Source of the DNA: Planctomycetota bacterium
Lineage (GTDB): Bacteria; Planctomycetota; UBA8108; SXIK01
Assembly (NCBI GenBank): GCA_965223265.1
Contig: OZ244999.1
Location: 1,600,001-1,664,000 of the forward strand
DNA length: 64,000 nt
Reading direction: 5' to 3'
Position numbers and translations under genes: made by a program. The notes under the pieces are model-generated. The model was given only the letters and a program-made list of their open reading frames with translations, searched no databases and was not told where the DNA came from. Positions within the stretch are counted from its first letter, which is position 1. The number at the start of each line of letters is the position of its first letter. Shown piece by piece: positions 19,401 to 28,516 of the stretch.

Positions 19401-22294
19401 CGTTTCAGAACCCCGGGAGTGCGACCGTTCACGAGAAGGTTGCGCGACTGGATTACGACGAGTTTGATCGACTGCTTCGAGTCCACGATGGTCCTTCTGG
19501 AGGAGCCGCGGACAACTTTCGCCGTCTCTACTATGACCTTGCGAGTCGGGTGACACTTCAGCGTGAATATGCTGCCGGGGCAACGGAGGGGGTGACTGCG
19601 CCTCTTCGGTCGCGTTCGATGGAGTATGACGAGCGAGGCCGACTTACACAATTGGAGCGGGGCGAAACTCTGTCTGACCAAATAACCTTTGAATTTGACA
19701 GAGCTGATCGATTGACCAAGAGAACGGACGACAACTCCAATGCGACGACGTTCGAATACGATGAAGCAGGAAGGGAGACCAAGAGGATTTTGCCTTCGAT
19801 CAATGGCCTCTCGACAGGTGAGAATTATACGCTTCTCGATTTCGACAAAAACGGAAACGTGACCAAAAGAACGTCTCACCAAGTTCAGACCGTCGCTCCG
19901 TCCTATACGAGCCACGATTTTGTATGGGAGATGACGTACGACGATCTCAATCGTCTCTCAACAGCAACCTTCAACGGTCATGACGGTTCGATTGGATATG
20001 ATCCTGTCTACACAGCAGACACATACGATACTAGGCATCTGTTGATCAAGCACACCAGTGTCGACGATGTTCCAACGGAGTTCGACTACGACGGTCTTGG
20101 CCGGTTAAAGGAGACGCGGGTGAATGCCGGAGGTTCGAGTCCTTCGGAGATAACCTTCGGAGTTGCCTACGACAAGTCCGGAAATGTGACGACGAGAACC
20201 GATGATGATGCAAACGATACCGACTACAGCTATGATGCACAGAATCGTTTAACGAAGATCGAGCATGCTGATGGTGATTGGCAGGAACTTCTGTATAACG
20301 ACCTCGGGAGAGTTGAAGAGCGATCGTACGGTAATGGGGCTTCAGAAAATCACAAAACTGAGCATCACTACAATACCTTGGGGCTCCTCACCAAGAGGTC
20401 GGTGAGCTGGACAACAACTCCGACTTGGCAGGACTACAATGAATACAAGACAACGGATGAGACATTCTCATACGACGGCGTCTATCGTTTGACTGAGGCC
20501 GATGACGACGACACACGAGTCGATATCGTTTACAACGAACTCGATCAGGTGACATCAGAGAAGCTGGACATCAAGGTGTCAGGATCTTGGAAAGGCGTCA
20601 AGACAACTTCCTATACTTGGGATGACACAGGAAGGCAGCTTGAACAGATTGACTACCCGGTTTCGTCCATCAGTTTTGAGTACACGAGCGACGAACTGGA
20701 TCGCATTGAAACAATCACGCATCTCGGTAGCTCTGTCGACCGAAAGATGGTCGAGTATTTCTATGAGGGTCCAGGTTCTCGAGTCATTGAGCGCCACAGA
20801 GCGTTCGACCTTGACGATACCAGCTCAATCAAGCACTTCAATTCTGACTACGAATACGATGCGCTTGCCCGCTTGACGACGATCGATCACAAAGTGAAAT
20901 CTTACACGAGTGGTGGGTCGTCCTCCGAGGCGACGATCCGGGCCTTCGATTCGACATGGGGAGACGGAACGTCTGGAAAGGCTTTTCAGCGATCAAGCTA
21001 TACCATTTCGGATTCTCTTGGGACCTTGGAAGACCACGATTATCTCTACGACAATGCTGGTCGGATGGTTGAAGACAAGCGCAAGATCGGGACCGATCCG
21101 ATCGAGGACTTCGATTACGACATTCAGAGTACGCAGTTCTTCAAGGAGCGGACGAAGGATGACGCTTCTCCTGCCGAAATCTCGTTTGTCAAAGCCACGG
21201 ATGGAAGTCTTCAGGCGACGAGCTACACCGAGGTGTCGACCAAGAATCTTACCTATGATACTGTCGGCAATCTCACATCGGATGTGTCATCCGACTACTA
21301 CTACGATCATGAAAATCGGCTTGTCTTTGCCGATGGGGGAGCCCCGTACTGGTTTCGATATGATGCGCTCGGACGGCTGGTGGAAGAAAACAAGGACGGA
21401 ACGCAGACCCTCTTCTACTACGCGCTGGGGCACATTGTTCAGGAGGTCAATACCTCTGGCGTATTGCAGTGGTTGAATCTCTTCGGCGTTGGAGCGGACG
21501 AGATCGTCTATACGGGGAAGAAGGGGTTTGGGAAGTTGACGACCCACCGGTTCCCTCTAACGAATCACTTGGGGTCAGTCGTGCTTGTTGTGGACGACTC
21601 GAATGTGGTGCAAACGACGGTTTCGTACGATACCGCATACGGTGAGACGACTGTTACAGGCTCTCACAACTATCCGTATGGATTTACTGGGAAACGGTAT
21701 TTTGACGGTGTCGACATCTATCACTACCGTACTCGGGCGTACTATCCGAAGCTTGGCCGATTTTTTCAAAGAAGATCCGAGGTCGCCTGGGAGGACCTAG
21801 GATATTCGTACGCCGAAGGAGATCCAATTAACAATGCTGACCCATCCAACTATATTCCGTTGACAGGGCGATCTAGATCTCGAACACTCGATACTCTTGG
21901 TATTCCTCTCAACAATTTTGGCCCATCCAACGATATCCTGTTGACAGAGCGATCTAGGTTTCGAACACTCGACACTCTTGGTATTCCTCCTAGTCCACCA
22001 GATGATGGATTCTCGCTTCCAAATAATTGCAATCTTGAGACCGTCATTTTTTGGTGCACATCATGTGCGTATTGTCTTAAGCCGCCTCGTAATCCGGCTC
22101 CAGTGTGCAATGGTGCTTGTGCTTCCTGTTTTTACTGTATCGGGAGGAAAGCGATTGACTTTATACCTGAGCTTCCTCCTCGTAAGCCGAAATGTCCAGA
22201 CTTTTGCAATATAGAATGCGATAATTGGGATCCGTGTCTTTGTGGTCCCAGCGATCCATATTATGATGACGTGGAATGTGGACACGATGGGTGA
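16430..22294 (+). CDS. Membrane-anchored RHS/YD-repeat protein with N-terminal Ig-like domains and Cys-rich C-terminal domain
   Basis: Many YD..GRL repeats; FKRTY.S..GYLGAGW (DUF6531-like); core YGFTGKRY..YHYRTRAYYPKLGRF...DPINNADPS; N-terminal TM helix. Confidence 0.93.
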   Translation: MNSKRLSDLTQSLDKKKSHSLTRSKMKEHLRGRRAELYFTAVGLTLLTALFAAYLTVRQVKSASAVYESGPRLFSQSTSEVVPGASQQVLVVGEETHFGPESTIHSEVDGVYFDSVGFASEGELWFSIFVTSEAQRAEGSEIPVSVHSPKRDGTVEELPLSLRLTHRAAPLELDLVNLPDDGEAVVPTEHAMLGYEPRGYAPFHLEVVNLETGETQRQETQQKREHLGVPLELGVNAFQLTLRDALGREVTEVVEVYRESPEAKQLAAAFKAEMAFMADYTGQPTQWSSDPSEQVAASDCVLGNSLIGCGAGGGCGGGGISAPPNDYVTSLGGVDVRGDGVLLHNGQFRHEVVDMVIRGRGLNFTFKRTYQSGNYDKLDGYLGAGWDFNWGTHFLNTGKFSRGDNRRDTYSNLQKVGGEQVFQTHPKGYYDIKTYTKTSEIFQIKRNGLEQTFDEATGRLKSREDRYGNLFTASYSIAGKMTKLTDTLGREISFLYHTSGDGQGRLRKVEDFDGRQVEYEYASKGGRIVLTKVKYPSTSWINESGNPVTQSRTNEYEYDNTNGRLTAVVDGRGNTRVDNAYDANGRVTAQTVYGGASDYTFDYTVSSGKVDDVTYVTPEGNESRFYFDSSEHLSTKVEVDYKALGATTTSTATTLITRGCDCTVPTAVQEPDDGYTEWTIDSDGNVTEVLQYFDDQSPYTKTAGSDLVKKAYHAPVSDTEFGVMTKFVGPMAFTATPDENKYAIEITYDTSGNPTDITKADTTNPTQTLVIEERTYNSYGQLLTVSGEEGMETNYTYFTSGTQDGYLEKVRVKYRTTASYLETVFTYNVFGFIASRRDPEGNYTSFSRNDEQVVTIVTSPSPFSYKTHTDYNLNRQVVKTELENRHGTGARITGNEYWETEFLYDAAGNLTTQKREISQSGATVTWAEIDREYDDDYRLTLVRDPENRETKFELDERGLPTKVRRGNGSADESVVERDFDVDGQLVEITESFQNPGSATVHEKVARLDYDEFDRLLRVHDGPSGGAADNFRRLYYDLASRVTLQREYAAGATEGVTAPLRSRSMEYDERGRLTQLERGETLSDQITFEFDRADRLTKRTDDNSNATTFEYDEAGRETKRILPSINGLSTGENYTLLDFDKNGNVTKRTSHQVQTVAPSYTSHDFVWEMTYDDLNRLSTATFNGHDGSIGYDPVYTADTYDTRHLLIKHTSVDDVPTEFDYDGLGRLKETRVNAGGSSPSEITFGVAYDKSGNVTTRTDDDANDTDYSYDAQNRLTKIEHADGDWQELLYNDLGRVEERSYGNGASENHKTEHHYNTLGLLTKRSVSWTTTPTWQDYNEYKTTDETFSYDGVYRLTEADDDDTRVDIVYNELDQVTSEKLDIKVSGSWKGVKTTSYTWDDTGRQLEQIDYPVSSISFEYTSDELDRIETITHLGSSVDRKMVEYFYEGPGSRVIERHRAFDLDDTSSIKHFNSDYEYDALARLTTIDHKVKSYTSGGSSSEATIRAFDSTWGDGTSGKAFQRSSYTISDSLGTLEDHDYLYDNAGRMVEDKRKIGTDPIEDFDYDIQSTQFFKERTKDDASPAEISFVKATDGSLQATSYTEVSTKNLTYDTVGNLTSDVSSDYYYDHENRLVFADGGAPYWFRYDALGRLVEENKDGTQTLFYYALGHIVQEVNTSGVLQWLNLFGVGADEIVYTGKKGFGKLTTHRFPLTNHLGSVVLVVDDSNVVQTTVSYDTAYGETTVTGSHNYPYGFTGKRYFDGVDIYHYRTRAYYPKLGRFFQRRSEVAWEDLGYSYAEGDPINNADPSNYIPLTGRSRSRTLDTLGIPLNNFGPSNDILLTERSRFRTLDTLGIPPSPPDDGFSLPNNCNLETVIFWCTSCAYCLKPPRNPAPVCNGACASCFYCIGRKAIDFIPELPPRKPKCPDFCNIECDNWDPCLCGPSDPYYDDVECGHDG
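21841..21989 (+). repeat. Imperfect direct repeat (about 68 bp, 81-bp period) at the RHS core/tip junction
   Basis: CCCATCCAAC..TTGACAG.GCGATCTAG..TCGAACACTCGA.ACTCTTGGTATTCCTC at 21841 and 21922. Confidence 0.9.
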
Positions 22295-22389
22295 TATTCG
22301 GTGGATTTAGCGATGAGGGTAGGCCAGAGATGGGGCGTCTGAGTGGGTGATCTGACGGAGCAGGTTCACGGACTGTACGCAGTACTTTG

Positions 22390-22513
22390 AGATCTCCTAC
22401 AGTCCGAGTGGGTAGGTTCCTGGTAGTGGAGGGTCAAGCTGGACACCTCCGCTGTTGAGAAAGAGCATGGCGATCAAGGCGGAGGCGCTGTGAAAACCGA
22501 AGGCGCGCCTTCG
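22390..22513 (-). pseudogene. ISL3-like transposase 3' remnant with IS end
   Basis: Minus strand reads RRRAFGFHSASALIAMLFLNSGGVQLDPPLP followed by ACCCACTCGGACTGTAGGAGATC. Confidence 0.6.
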
Positions 22514-23024
22514 GCTTAGCGCTTCCGCCTTGATCACGCCGCTCCTCTCAGCAGCGCCACAAGCCAGCTTGACGCTCCGGTAAGAGCGGTTCTTGTCCTC
22601 GGGGGAAAACGCGCTGCGCTCTCGGCCTCGAGACGAAGATGCTCACAAGGACTCACACTAGCAGAACACGGCCGAACAGAGCGTCCACACAGACCACAAC
22701 GGCCTAAGCAGCCGTTGACGTTGAAGATCAGTGGCTCGCTTTACGCCTCCGATTTCGCACCTCAGATCTATAAGGCCCCGGAATCTGGTTTTCCGTGGCT
22801 TTTTTAGGGATTTATGGACGTTCTTAATCGCTGGGTGTGGCATACTTTGACACGTGGGAGGGGGGCCAGATTCTTTGGATATGGAATTCTCATTCTGCCC
22901 GGATCACTCCGCGCTGAGGACGAACCCGTGGGTGAAGATACGAGAATCATGATGTTTTTCGGGGAAAAGGTTGAGGATCGTTTTTGGAAGGCTTTCGTCC
23001 GGTCCTTAGTAATCAGGTACACAG

Positions 23025-23228
23025 GTGCTATGGATGTTGTTCACGAAGTGGAACTTCTTCATTTGTGTGTTGCTTGTTGCAGGCGTTGTATGCCAAGGCG
23101 ATGACTCCACGGAATCTGGTGAACGTCGGATCGAAATGGCGAAGAAGCTTCTAAGAGACGGAGTATTTACCAGTTCTTCCATTGATGAATACCTGGGCGC
23201 GTGCATTGAGCGTCTACAAGCACTAATG
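23025..23228 (+). pseudogene. 5' part (signal peptide) of the TlpA-family gene, split by an IS
   Basis: WNFFICVLLVAGVVCQG signal-like; excising the IS gives IERLQALM|RPDPKAAERLL in frame with the TlpA ORF. Confidence 0.8.
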
Positions 23229-24817
23229 AGTTCCTGTTGCGGAAAGCGATGGACGACGGACTCCTGTTGAGGATTCGGGCGTCATCTGAACGCATCGAGT
23301 AATGCTTGCAAAAAAGAAGCGCATTCATATTCTCCAAGGTTGCAACCCGAAAGGAGGAAGAGAATGCGCTTGAAATCTGATCCGCAGCAGTATTTCCACT
23401 GGTCGACAGCATCGACGTCGAAGATCGTACGGGAGTACGAAGAGAAGTACAACAAGATCAGCGAGATTCTCGATCGGAACCCGGAGATCCTCACCCTCGC
23501 CGCTCGAGATCTCGGAAAGCTCTCGACGGGGAGGCGGAAGGGGCGGAAGGCGACGTTTACCGCGGAGAATCTCCTGCGGGCGCTCGTCGTCCATCAGATC
23601 GAAGGCACCGCGTTTCGGGGAACGGTGATCCGACTGGCTCACAACTCTTTCTTGCAAGACTTTTTGCGACTCGGCACACGACCGGTGATGGATCATTCGC
23701 TTCTCTGTCGGGCTTTTGGCGCTATCGGCCCGGCGACGTGGGGAAAGATCAACGACGCCCTTCGTGAATATGCGCTCGGCGAGGAGCGGATTTCTCCCGA
23801 GACGCTCCGGGTTGACACAACCGTCGTCGAATCGAACATCCATTGGCCGACGGACTCGTCGCTTCTTTGGGACGGCTGGAGAACGCTCTATCGCCTGCTC
23901 AGGAAAGTCTCAACGCACGAGCCGGGGCTGGTCGACAGCCGTTTCCACCAGCGCAAGGTGAAGAAGCTCCATCTCTTCGTGACGCGCTATTCGACGAGTT
24001 CGAGCAAGAAGCGTCAGAGACAGGTGAGGCGATCGCAGAAGAAACTCCTTTCGCACCTAGAACGAATCCTGCGGTTTTCTCGGGTTTTCAGTCAAGAGGC
24101 GAGAGAGCTCGCCGACGTATGGATCTGCGCGATCGGGCTCGAGATCGAGTCGTATCTCCCAAAGATCGAAAAGGCACTACGAGTTGCGAAGCGAGCGTGG
24201 ATCGACAGGGAGGTCGTACCGGCGAAGGAGAGAATATTCAGCATCTTCGAGCATCACACAGAGCTGATCAAGCGGGGCCGACGTCACAAGCCAGTGGAGT
24301 TCGGCCACATGGTCCTTCTCGGCCAGACGAACGAGAAGTTCATCACGCAGTGACGTGATGCGAAAGAAATTCCGGACTCGAATGAGGACATTCCAAGCGC
24401 CATGGAAGGTTTTCGGTGGTGGCCGACAAGGGATTTTGTGGCGACGTGAGGCGGAGCTGCGCGAAAAGGTGAAGGTGCTCGCAATCCCCAGCGCCTCAAA
24501 GAAGAGGCGTTCGTCGCGCTGCAGCATTTTCGAGCTCATCGAAGGCTCGAGACAGTATCGAGATTTAGGAATTTCGAAAGCCACGTGGCGCTCGGCGTCT
24601 TTTGCCACAACCTTGTACTTCTAACAGGTCCGCCTGGAAAGTGAGCTCACCGAGATAGATTCGACTGCCAAGAAAACAACGAAGGAAAGGGATGGTCGCT
24701 CCAGATTTCCTCGACTCGACTATACTTCACGCGATCGGCTTGACGATCGCGCAGGTCCTGGCGGAGCGATCGAGCAGACCGGTAGGTGGCTGATGCGTGC
24801 GAGTTTCAACAGGAACT
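23229..24817 (+). mobile_element. Decayed IS (ISNCY/IS5-like DDE) with intact TIRs
   Basis: TIR AGTTCCTGTTG / CAACAGGAACT; duplication AATG (extendable to CTAATGAG) on both sides. Confidence 0.88.
23364..24640 (+). pseudogene. ISNCY/IS5-like transposase pseudogene
   Basis: RVDTTVVESNIHWPTDSSLL, IKRG..HKPVEFG; premature TGA at 24351; later ADKGF and IEGS motifs lie in shifted frames. Confidence 0.85.
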
Positions 24818-24818
24818 A

Positions 24819-25748
24819 ATGAGGCCGGACCCGAAGGCCGCGGAACGTTTGCTAGCCGACATGGAGGTCCTGCTTTCGGCGGTGCACGTGGCAGATGAGG
24901 AGTTAAAACCGTTGTTGCGTCGAGCCCGCGCTGTTGTCCCTGCCTACCGAAGACGACTGAAGATCATACATACCCCGATGGAAACATTGGAGACACGGTT
25001 GGAGAAGAATCCGGAAGACGTCGAGACGGTACGGAGCTACTACTTGAAATTGAGGGAGACCCTCCGTCAAGCGCTCCGCGGAGACCTGAAGCAGGTGGAG
25101 CGTATGGTAGTAGACGCGGAGGGGCGTCTGAGGGAGGTGCAGAAGGCTGTGACGGACGAGGCAGCCAAGCGGGAGATTCGTCTCGTACTGAAATACTTGG
25201 GGTCGATGGATCGAACCATGGAAGCTGTCAGAGCGCGACGTGCGATGGTCGGGAAGGACGCTTCGACCCAAAATTTCGGCGATTGGATAAACTCGGAACC
25301 GATCTCTCACGACGATCTGAAGGGACGTGTCGTACTTTTGGATTTCTGGGCGGTTTGGTGTGGGCCGTGCATCGCGACTTTCGGTCACCTCCGCGCGTGG
25401 CACGAGAGGTACGCGGCGGATGGACTGATGATCATCGGGGTCACTCGTTACTACGGCTACGCGTGGAACAACGTCCAGAAGCGTGCATACCGTTCACCTG
25501 GGAAGATCACACCAACCAGTGAACGCAAAATGCTCGAGGAATTTGCAGCACATCACGAGTTGCCATATCCGTTCGTCGTGCAACGGGATGGTGCCTTGGC
25601 CGGAGATTACCGGGTCCACAGCTTGCCGCATGTCGTATTGATCGACCGCAAGGGTAAAATCCGCCTAATGCGAGTTGGTAATACCCTCGAAAACACTCGA
25701 GAGGTAGAAGCTATGATTGACACTCTGATTCGGCAGCGTGACTCCTAA
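24819..25748 (+). CDS. TlpA-family thiol-disulfide reductase, 3' part (helical region + thioredoxin domain)
   Basis: LKGRVVLLDFWAVWCGPC, LPHVVLIDRKGKIR; residual in-frame ATG at 24819. Confidence 0.85.
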   Translation: MRPDPKAAERLLADMEVLLSAVHVADEELKPLLRRARAVVPAYRRRLKIIHTPMETLETRLEKNPEDVETVRSYYLKLRETLRQALRGDLKQVERMVVDAEGRLREVQKAVTDEAAKREIRLVLKYLGSMDRTMEAVRARRAMVGKDASTQNFGDWINSEPISHDDLKGRVVLLDFWAVWCGPCIATFGHLRAWHERYAADGLMIIGVTRYYGYAWNNVQKRAYRSPGKITPTSERKMLEEFAAHHELPYPFVVQRDGALAGDYRVHSLPHVVLIDRKGKIRLMRVGNTLENTREVEAMIDTLIRQRDS

Positions 25749-25753
25749 GGCAA

Positions 25754-25943
25754 TGAAACCTGTCCCAGGTTCGTTTTTCGAGCTCGCGGGGAATCCGTGA
25801 CTTGTTGCGGCGGGCAACTACTTCGAGCCACCGAAAACGCTTGCTCAACCTGAAACCTGTCCCAGGTTCGTTTTTCGAGTTTGCGGGGAATCCGTGACTT
25901 GTTGCGGCGGGCAACTACTTCGAGCCACCGAAAACGCTTGCTC
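25754..25943 (+). repeat. Tandem 93-bp near-identical repeat (97-bp period) containing a REP-like palindrome
   Basis: Copies at 25754-25846 and 25851-25943, each starting TGAAACCTGTCCCAGGTTCG. Confidence 0.9.
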
Positions 25944-26100
25944 CGCGGCGGACCGTCGGCAAAGACAATTTTTTTCGTGACGAAGGCGGTATCTTCATGC
26001 AGTTACCGCAATTTGTAGACGCAAGGTGGCAGTCGAGCTGTACCGGACTCGAAATTGACGCGCCGCGTACGAATCTATGATGACAAGTTCATGCAGCCCG

Positions 26101-27003
26101 CTACGGCGGCATTGGCGCACAGCGTGCCGCGAAGTGCACGCGCATCCAGTACGTTCCGTACGGGAAGAGCGCTTCGCGAAGGCCGTCGCAGAAGTCTCTC
26201 AGAGCCTGACGATATTCTCTGAGGAACCGTTTGTACTCCATGAGCGCATCGATTCGCCTCTGCTTGTCACGGCACGCAAAGCGAGGGACGAGCTTTCGAC
26301 GCGGCTCACCATTGCCAGGACGAGCTAGCGGACTCTGACGGCGCGCACGCTTGGCGCCCGCGAAACTCTTGCCGCGCCGAGCCATGTCAGCACGCAGTTC
26401 AGCTTCCCGCGTTTGGAGCTTTTCCTCGACGAGTAGCGCGAGCTCCTCGCCTCCGAGCCCGGAGGCGAAATTCGGTGAGGAGATGTTCAACGTGATGCAC
26501 TCAGGCGCCTCGCCAGCGTCCGGAAAGAAGAACGCTGGTCGTTCGACTTCAACACAAGTGCCAAAGTCCTGCGGCGACGAGCGTAGCCCCGGCCACTCGT
26601 CACCGCGCGAGACCAGCCCCGCCGCCACGGGGTTGGCGAGCACGTAGACGATCTTGTCGATGACATCGTCTTCGCCCACGAGCGTCAGGGCATTGTAGGA
26701 TCCGGGCGCCCAAACGTTCTCCCAGCGTCCATAGTATGCATTCAGCGCCCGAGCGATCAGGCAGTTCATATACTGCATGAACGCCGGCAAGTTGCCCAGC
26801 CGATCAGTAACCACCAAGTGATAGTGATTGCTCAGAGCGCAGTAAGCGTGCACGTCAACCGAGAAGCGCTCCGCGCCGCGCGCCAGCAGATAAAGAACCA
26901 CCTGACTCACCGCTTTGGACGGCCGCAGGAGGAATTGGCGCTGCGCACAGCGTCTGGTGATCATGTACGTCGTCCCTGGGATGATTCGTCGCGGCGCTGT
27001 CAT
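26101..27003 (-). CDS. REP-associated tyrosine transposase (RAYT; IS200/IS605 Y1 HUH)
   Basis: PGTTYMITRRC, HAYCALSNHYHLVVTD (HUH), YVLANPVAAGLV....WPG. Confidence 0.88.
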   Translation of the reverse strand: MTAPRRIIPGTTYMITRRCAQRQFLLRPSKAVSQVVLYLLARGAERFSVDVHAYCALSNHYHLVVTDRLGNLPAFMQYMNCLIARALNAYYGRWENVWAPGSYNALTLVGEDDVIDKIVYVLANPVAAGLVSRGDEWPGLRSSPQDFGTCVEVERPAFFFPDAGEAPECITLNISSPNFASGLGGEELALLVEEKLQTREAELRADMARRGKSFAGAKRARRQSPLARPGNGEPRRKLVPRFACRDKQRRIDALMEYKRFLREYRQALRDFCDGLREALFPYGTYWMRVHFAARCAPMPP

Positions 27004-27283
27004 CGCCGTCACGTATAGGCAAACGACGTTCCGCGGCGTCTGAGAGTTGCAAATTCGACGTAAGTCCGCGCTGGAACTCAGTCTCTTCGACACTACCGAC
27101 TCTCGAGGTGTCGCTCAGCTGTTTCGTAATTGCGACAGTGTTCGAATACGGACGCCCGAATCTGACATCGAAGTTTTTTTGTTCGATTTGTGACGATATT
27201 TTGTTGTTTGAGGGGGCGGAAAGATGACCCTGGGAACGGAACAAAAGGAAGATTGATTTGCGGTTTTGCACTGAAGACGGAGC

Positions 27284-27311
27284 TTGCGATTCGATGATTG
27301 AGTCTTAAGAT
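27284..27311 (+). promoter_or_regulatory. Putative sigma70 promoter of the small protein-dcd pair
   Basis: TTGCGA-16-TAAGAT followed by RBS GAGGAGG. Confidence 0.45.
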
Positions 27312-27331
27312 CCGAAGAGGAGGCTAAAGTG

Positions 27332-27583
27332 ATGAACACAGCATGGCTCAAATGTGAAGTGAAACCGGGAATGTTCAGCGATGAGGTCGTCGTCGAGGTC
27401 ACGGCGTCGGACGGGCAGAACAGAGCCTACACGGTCCCCAAAGCAGAGGTCGTCGAGGGCAAGGTTCGAGTGAAGATTGGAGAACGCGAGGGCGTGATGT
27501 GGGCGAAACTTCCCACCGACCATCCGTACCACGCCATCGCAGTTCGAACCGCTGACCTAAGTGAACACCCCGTGCCCGCGTGA
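27332..27583 (+). CDS. Small beta-rich hypothetical protein coupled to dCTP deaminase
   Basis: Strong RBS; its TGA overlaps the GTG of the next gene. Confidence 0.75.
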   Translation: MNTAWLKCEVKPGMFSDEVVVEVTASDGQNRAYTVPKAEVVEGKVRVKIGEREGVMWAKLPTDHPYHAIAVRTADLSEHPVPA

Positions 27584-28170
27584 TCCTCTCCAACGTCGAG
27601 ATCCACAAGGCCCTCGACGCAGGGCGGCTCAAGATTCAGCCTGAGCCGTCCCCGCGGTTCCCGTAGCCAGATAGCAAGGTCCAGTGCCCCTACAACACGA
27701 CTTCCGTCGACCTGCGCCTTGGTCAGGAGATTCTGATCCCAAAGGAGGATCCGCCGTTCAACATCGACTTGAGTATCGGCGCCTTCAAGGAGTTGCTTTC
27801 GCCCGAGAACTACACGAAGCGAACTCTGACAGCGGAGGACAAATACACACTTCCCCGGCGCAAATTCATCCTAGCGAAGACTCTCGAGCACGTGGCGTTC
27901 CACGTCCAAGAGAACGGCCCGACGCTGGCAGCCAGAATCGAGGGGAGGAGTTCGTACGCACGTTGTGGACTTCTCGTGCACTTCACCGCCCCCACAATCC
28001 ATGCCGGGTTCAGCGGCACGATCACACTGGAGATCACGAATCTCGGTGCAGCGGGGATCACGCTTGTAGCCGGAGTCCCCATCTGCCAACTCATCATCGA
28101 AGAGGTCCGGGGCACCCCGTTCGGGAATGAAAGCCAGTTCCAAGGGCAGACGACGCCGGGCGGGACGTAG
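27580..28170 (+). pseudogene. dcd: dCTP deaminase (trimeric dUTPase fold) with in-frame TAG at codon 29
   Basis: MILSNVEIHKALDAGRLKIQP..FP*..SVDLRLG..ARIEGRSSYARCGL.VH.TAP.IHAGF.G.ITLEI.N..ICQL; TAG at 27664-27666. Confidence 0.82.
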
Positions 28171-28239
28171 ACCGGATGTCAGCGAGGCAGCCGTTTCTTG
28201 CTCGATTTACGATGACATCTTGCTGCCGACGATCCAGAA

Positions 28240-28510
28240 ACCCGTATGGGTTCGCAGGTGGGTGAGATCGATCAAGGAAGATTGCCTGTCGAAGTTGATC
28301 CTATTCGGGGAAAGGTCACTACGACGAGCGCTCCTGGAGTACATTGCTCATCGCCACGGCGAACGAAATCACCAGGGAATGGACAACGTCATTCTGTTCC
28401 CGTCACCGGAGGACTCGTCGAACGACGGACTCGTTCGTTGTCGCGAGCGGCTCGGTGGACTGCTGAGGTTCTACCATCGAGATGCCGCATGAGTACTTTG
28501 ACCACACGCG
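28240..28510 (+). pseudogene. Integrase-core (rve) transposase C-terminal remnant
   Basis: RWVRSIKEDCLSKLILFGERSLRRAL.EY..H.ERNHQG...RERLGGLLRFYHRDAA. Confidence 0.75.
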
Positions 28511-28516
28511 AGGACG

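Noticed and set aside
16430-22294. Type VI secretion effector
   Set aside because: No PAAR, VgrG or EagR chaperone; the N-terminus is a TM anchor with Ig-like domains
24786-24818. GTG start MADACEFQQE of the TlpA ORF
   Set aside because: These codons are the IS right end including the TIR
25754-25943. CRISPR array
   Set aside because: Only two 93-bp units with a 4-bp gap, no unique spacers and no cas genes
27664-27666. Pyrrolysine codon in dcd
   Set aside because: No pyl genes in the window and the position is a non-catalytic loop; unsupported
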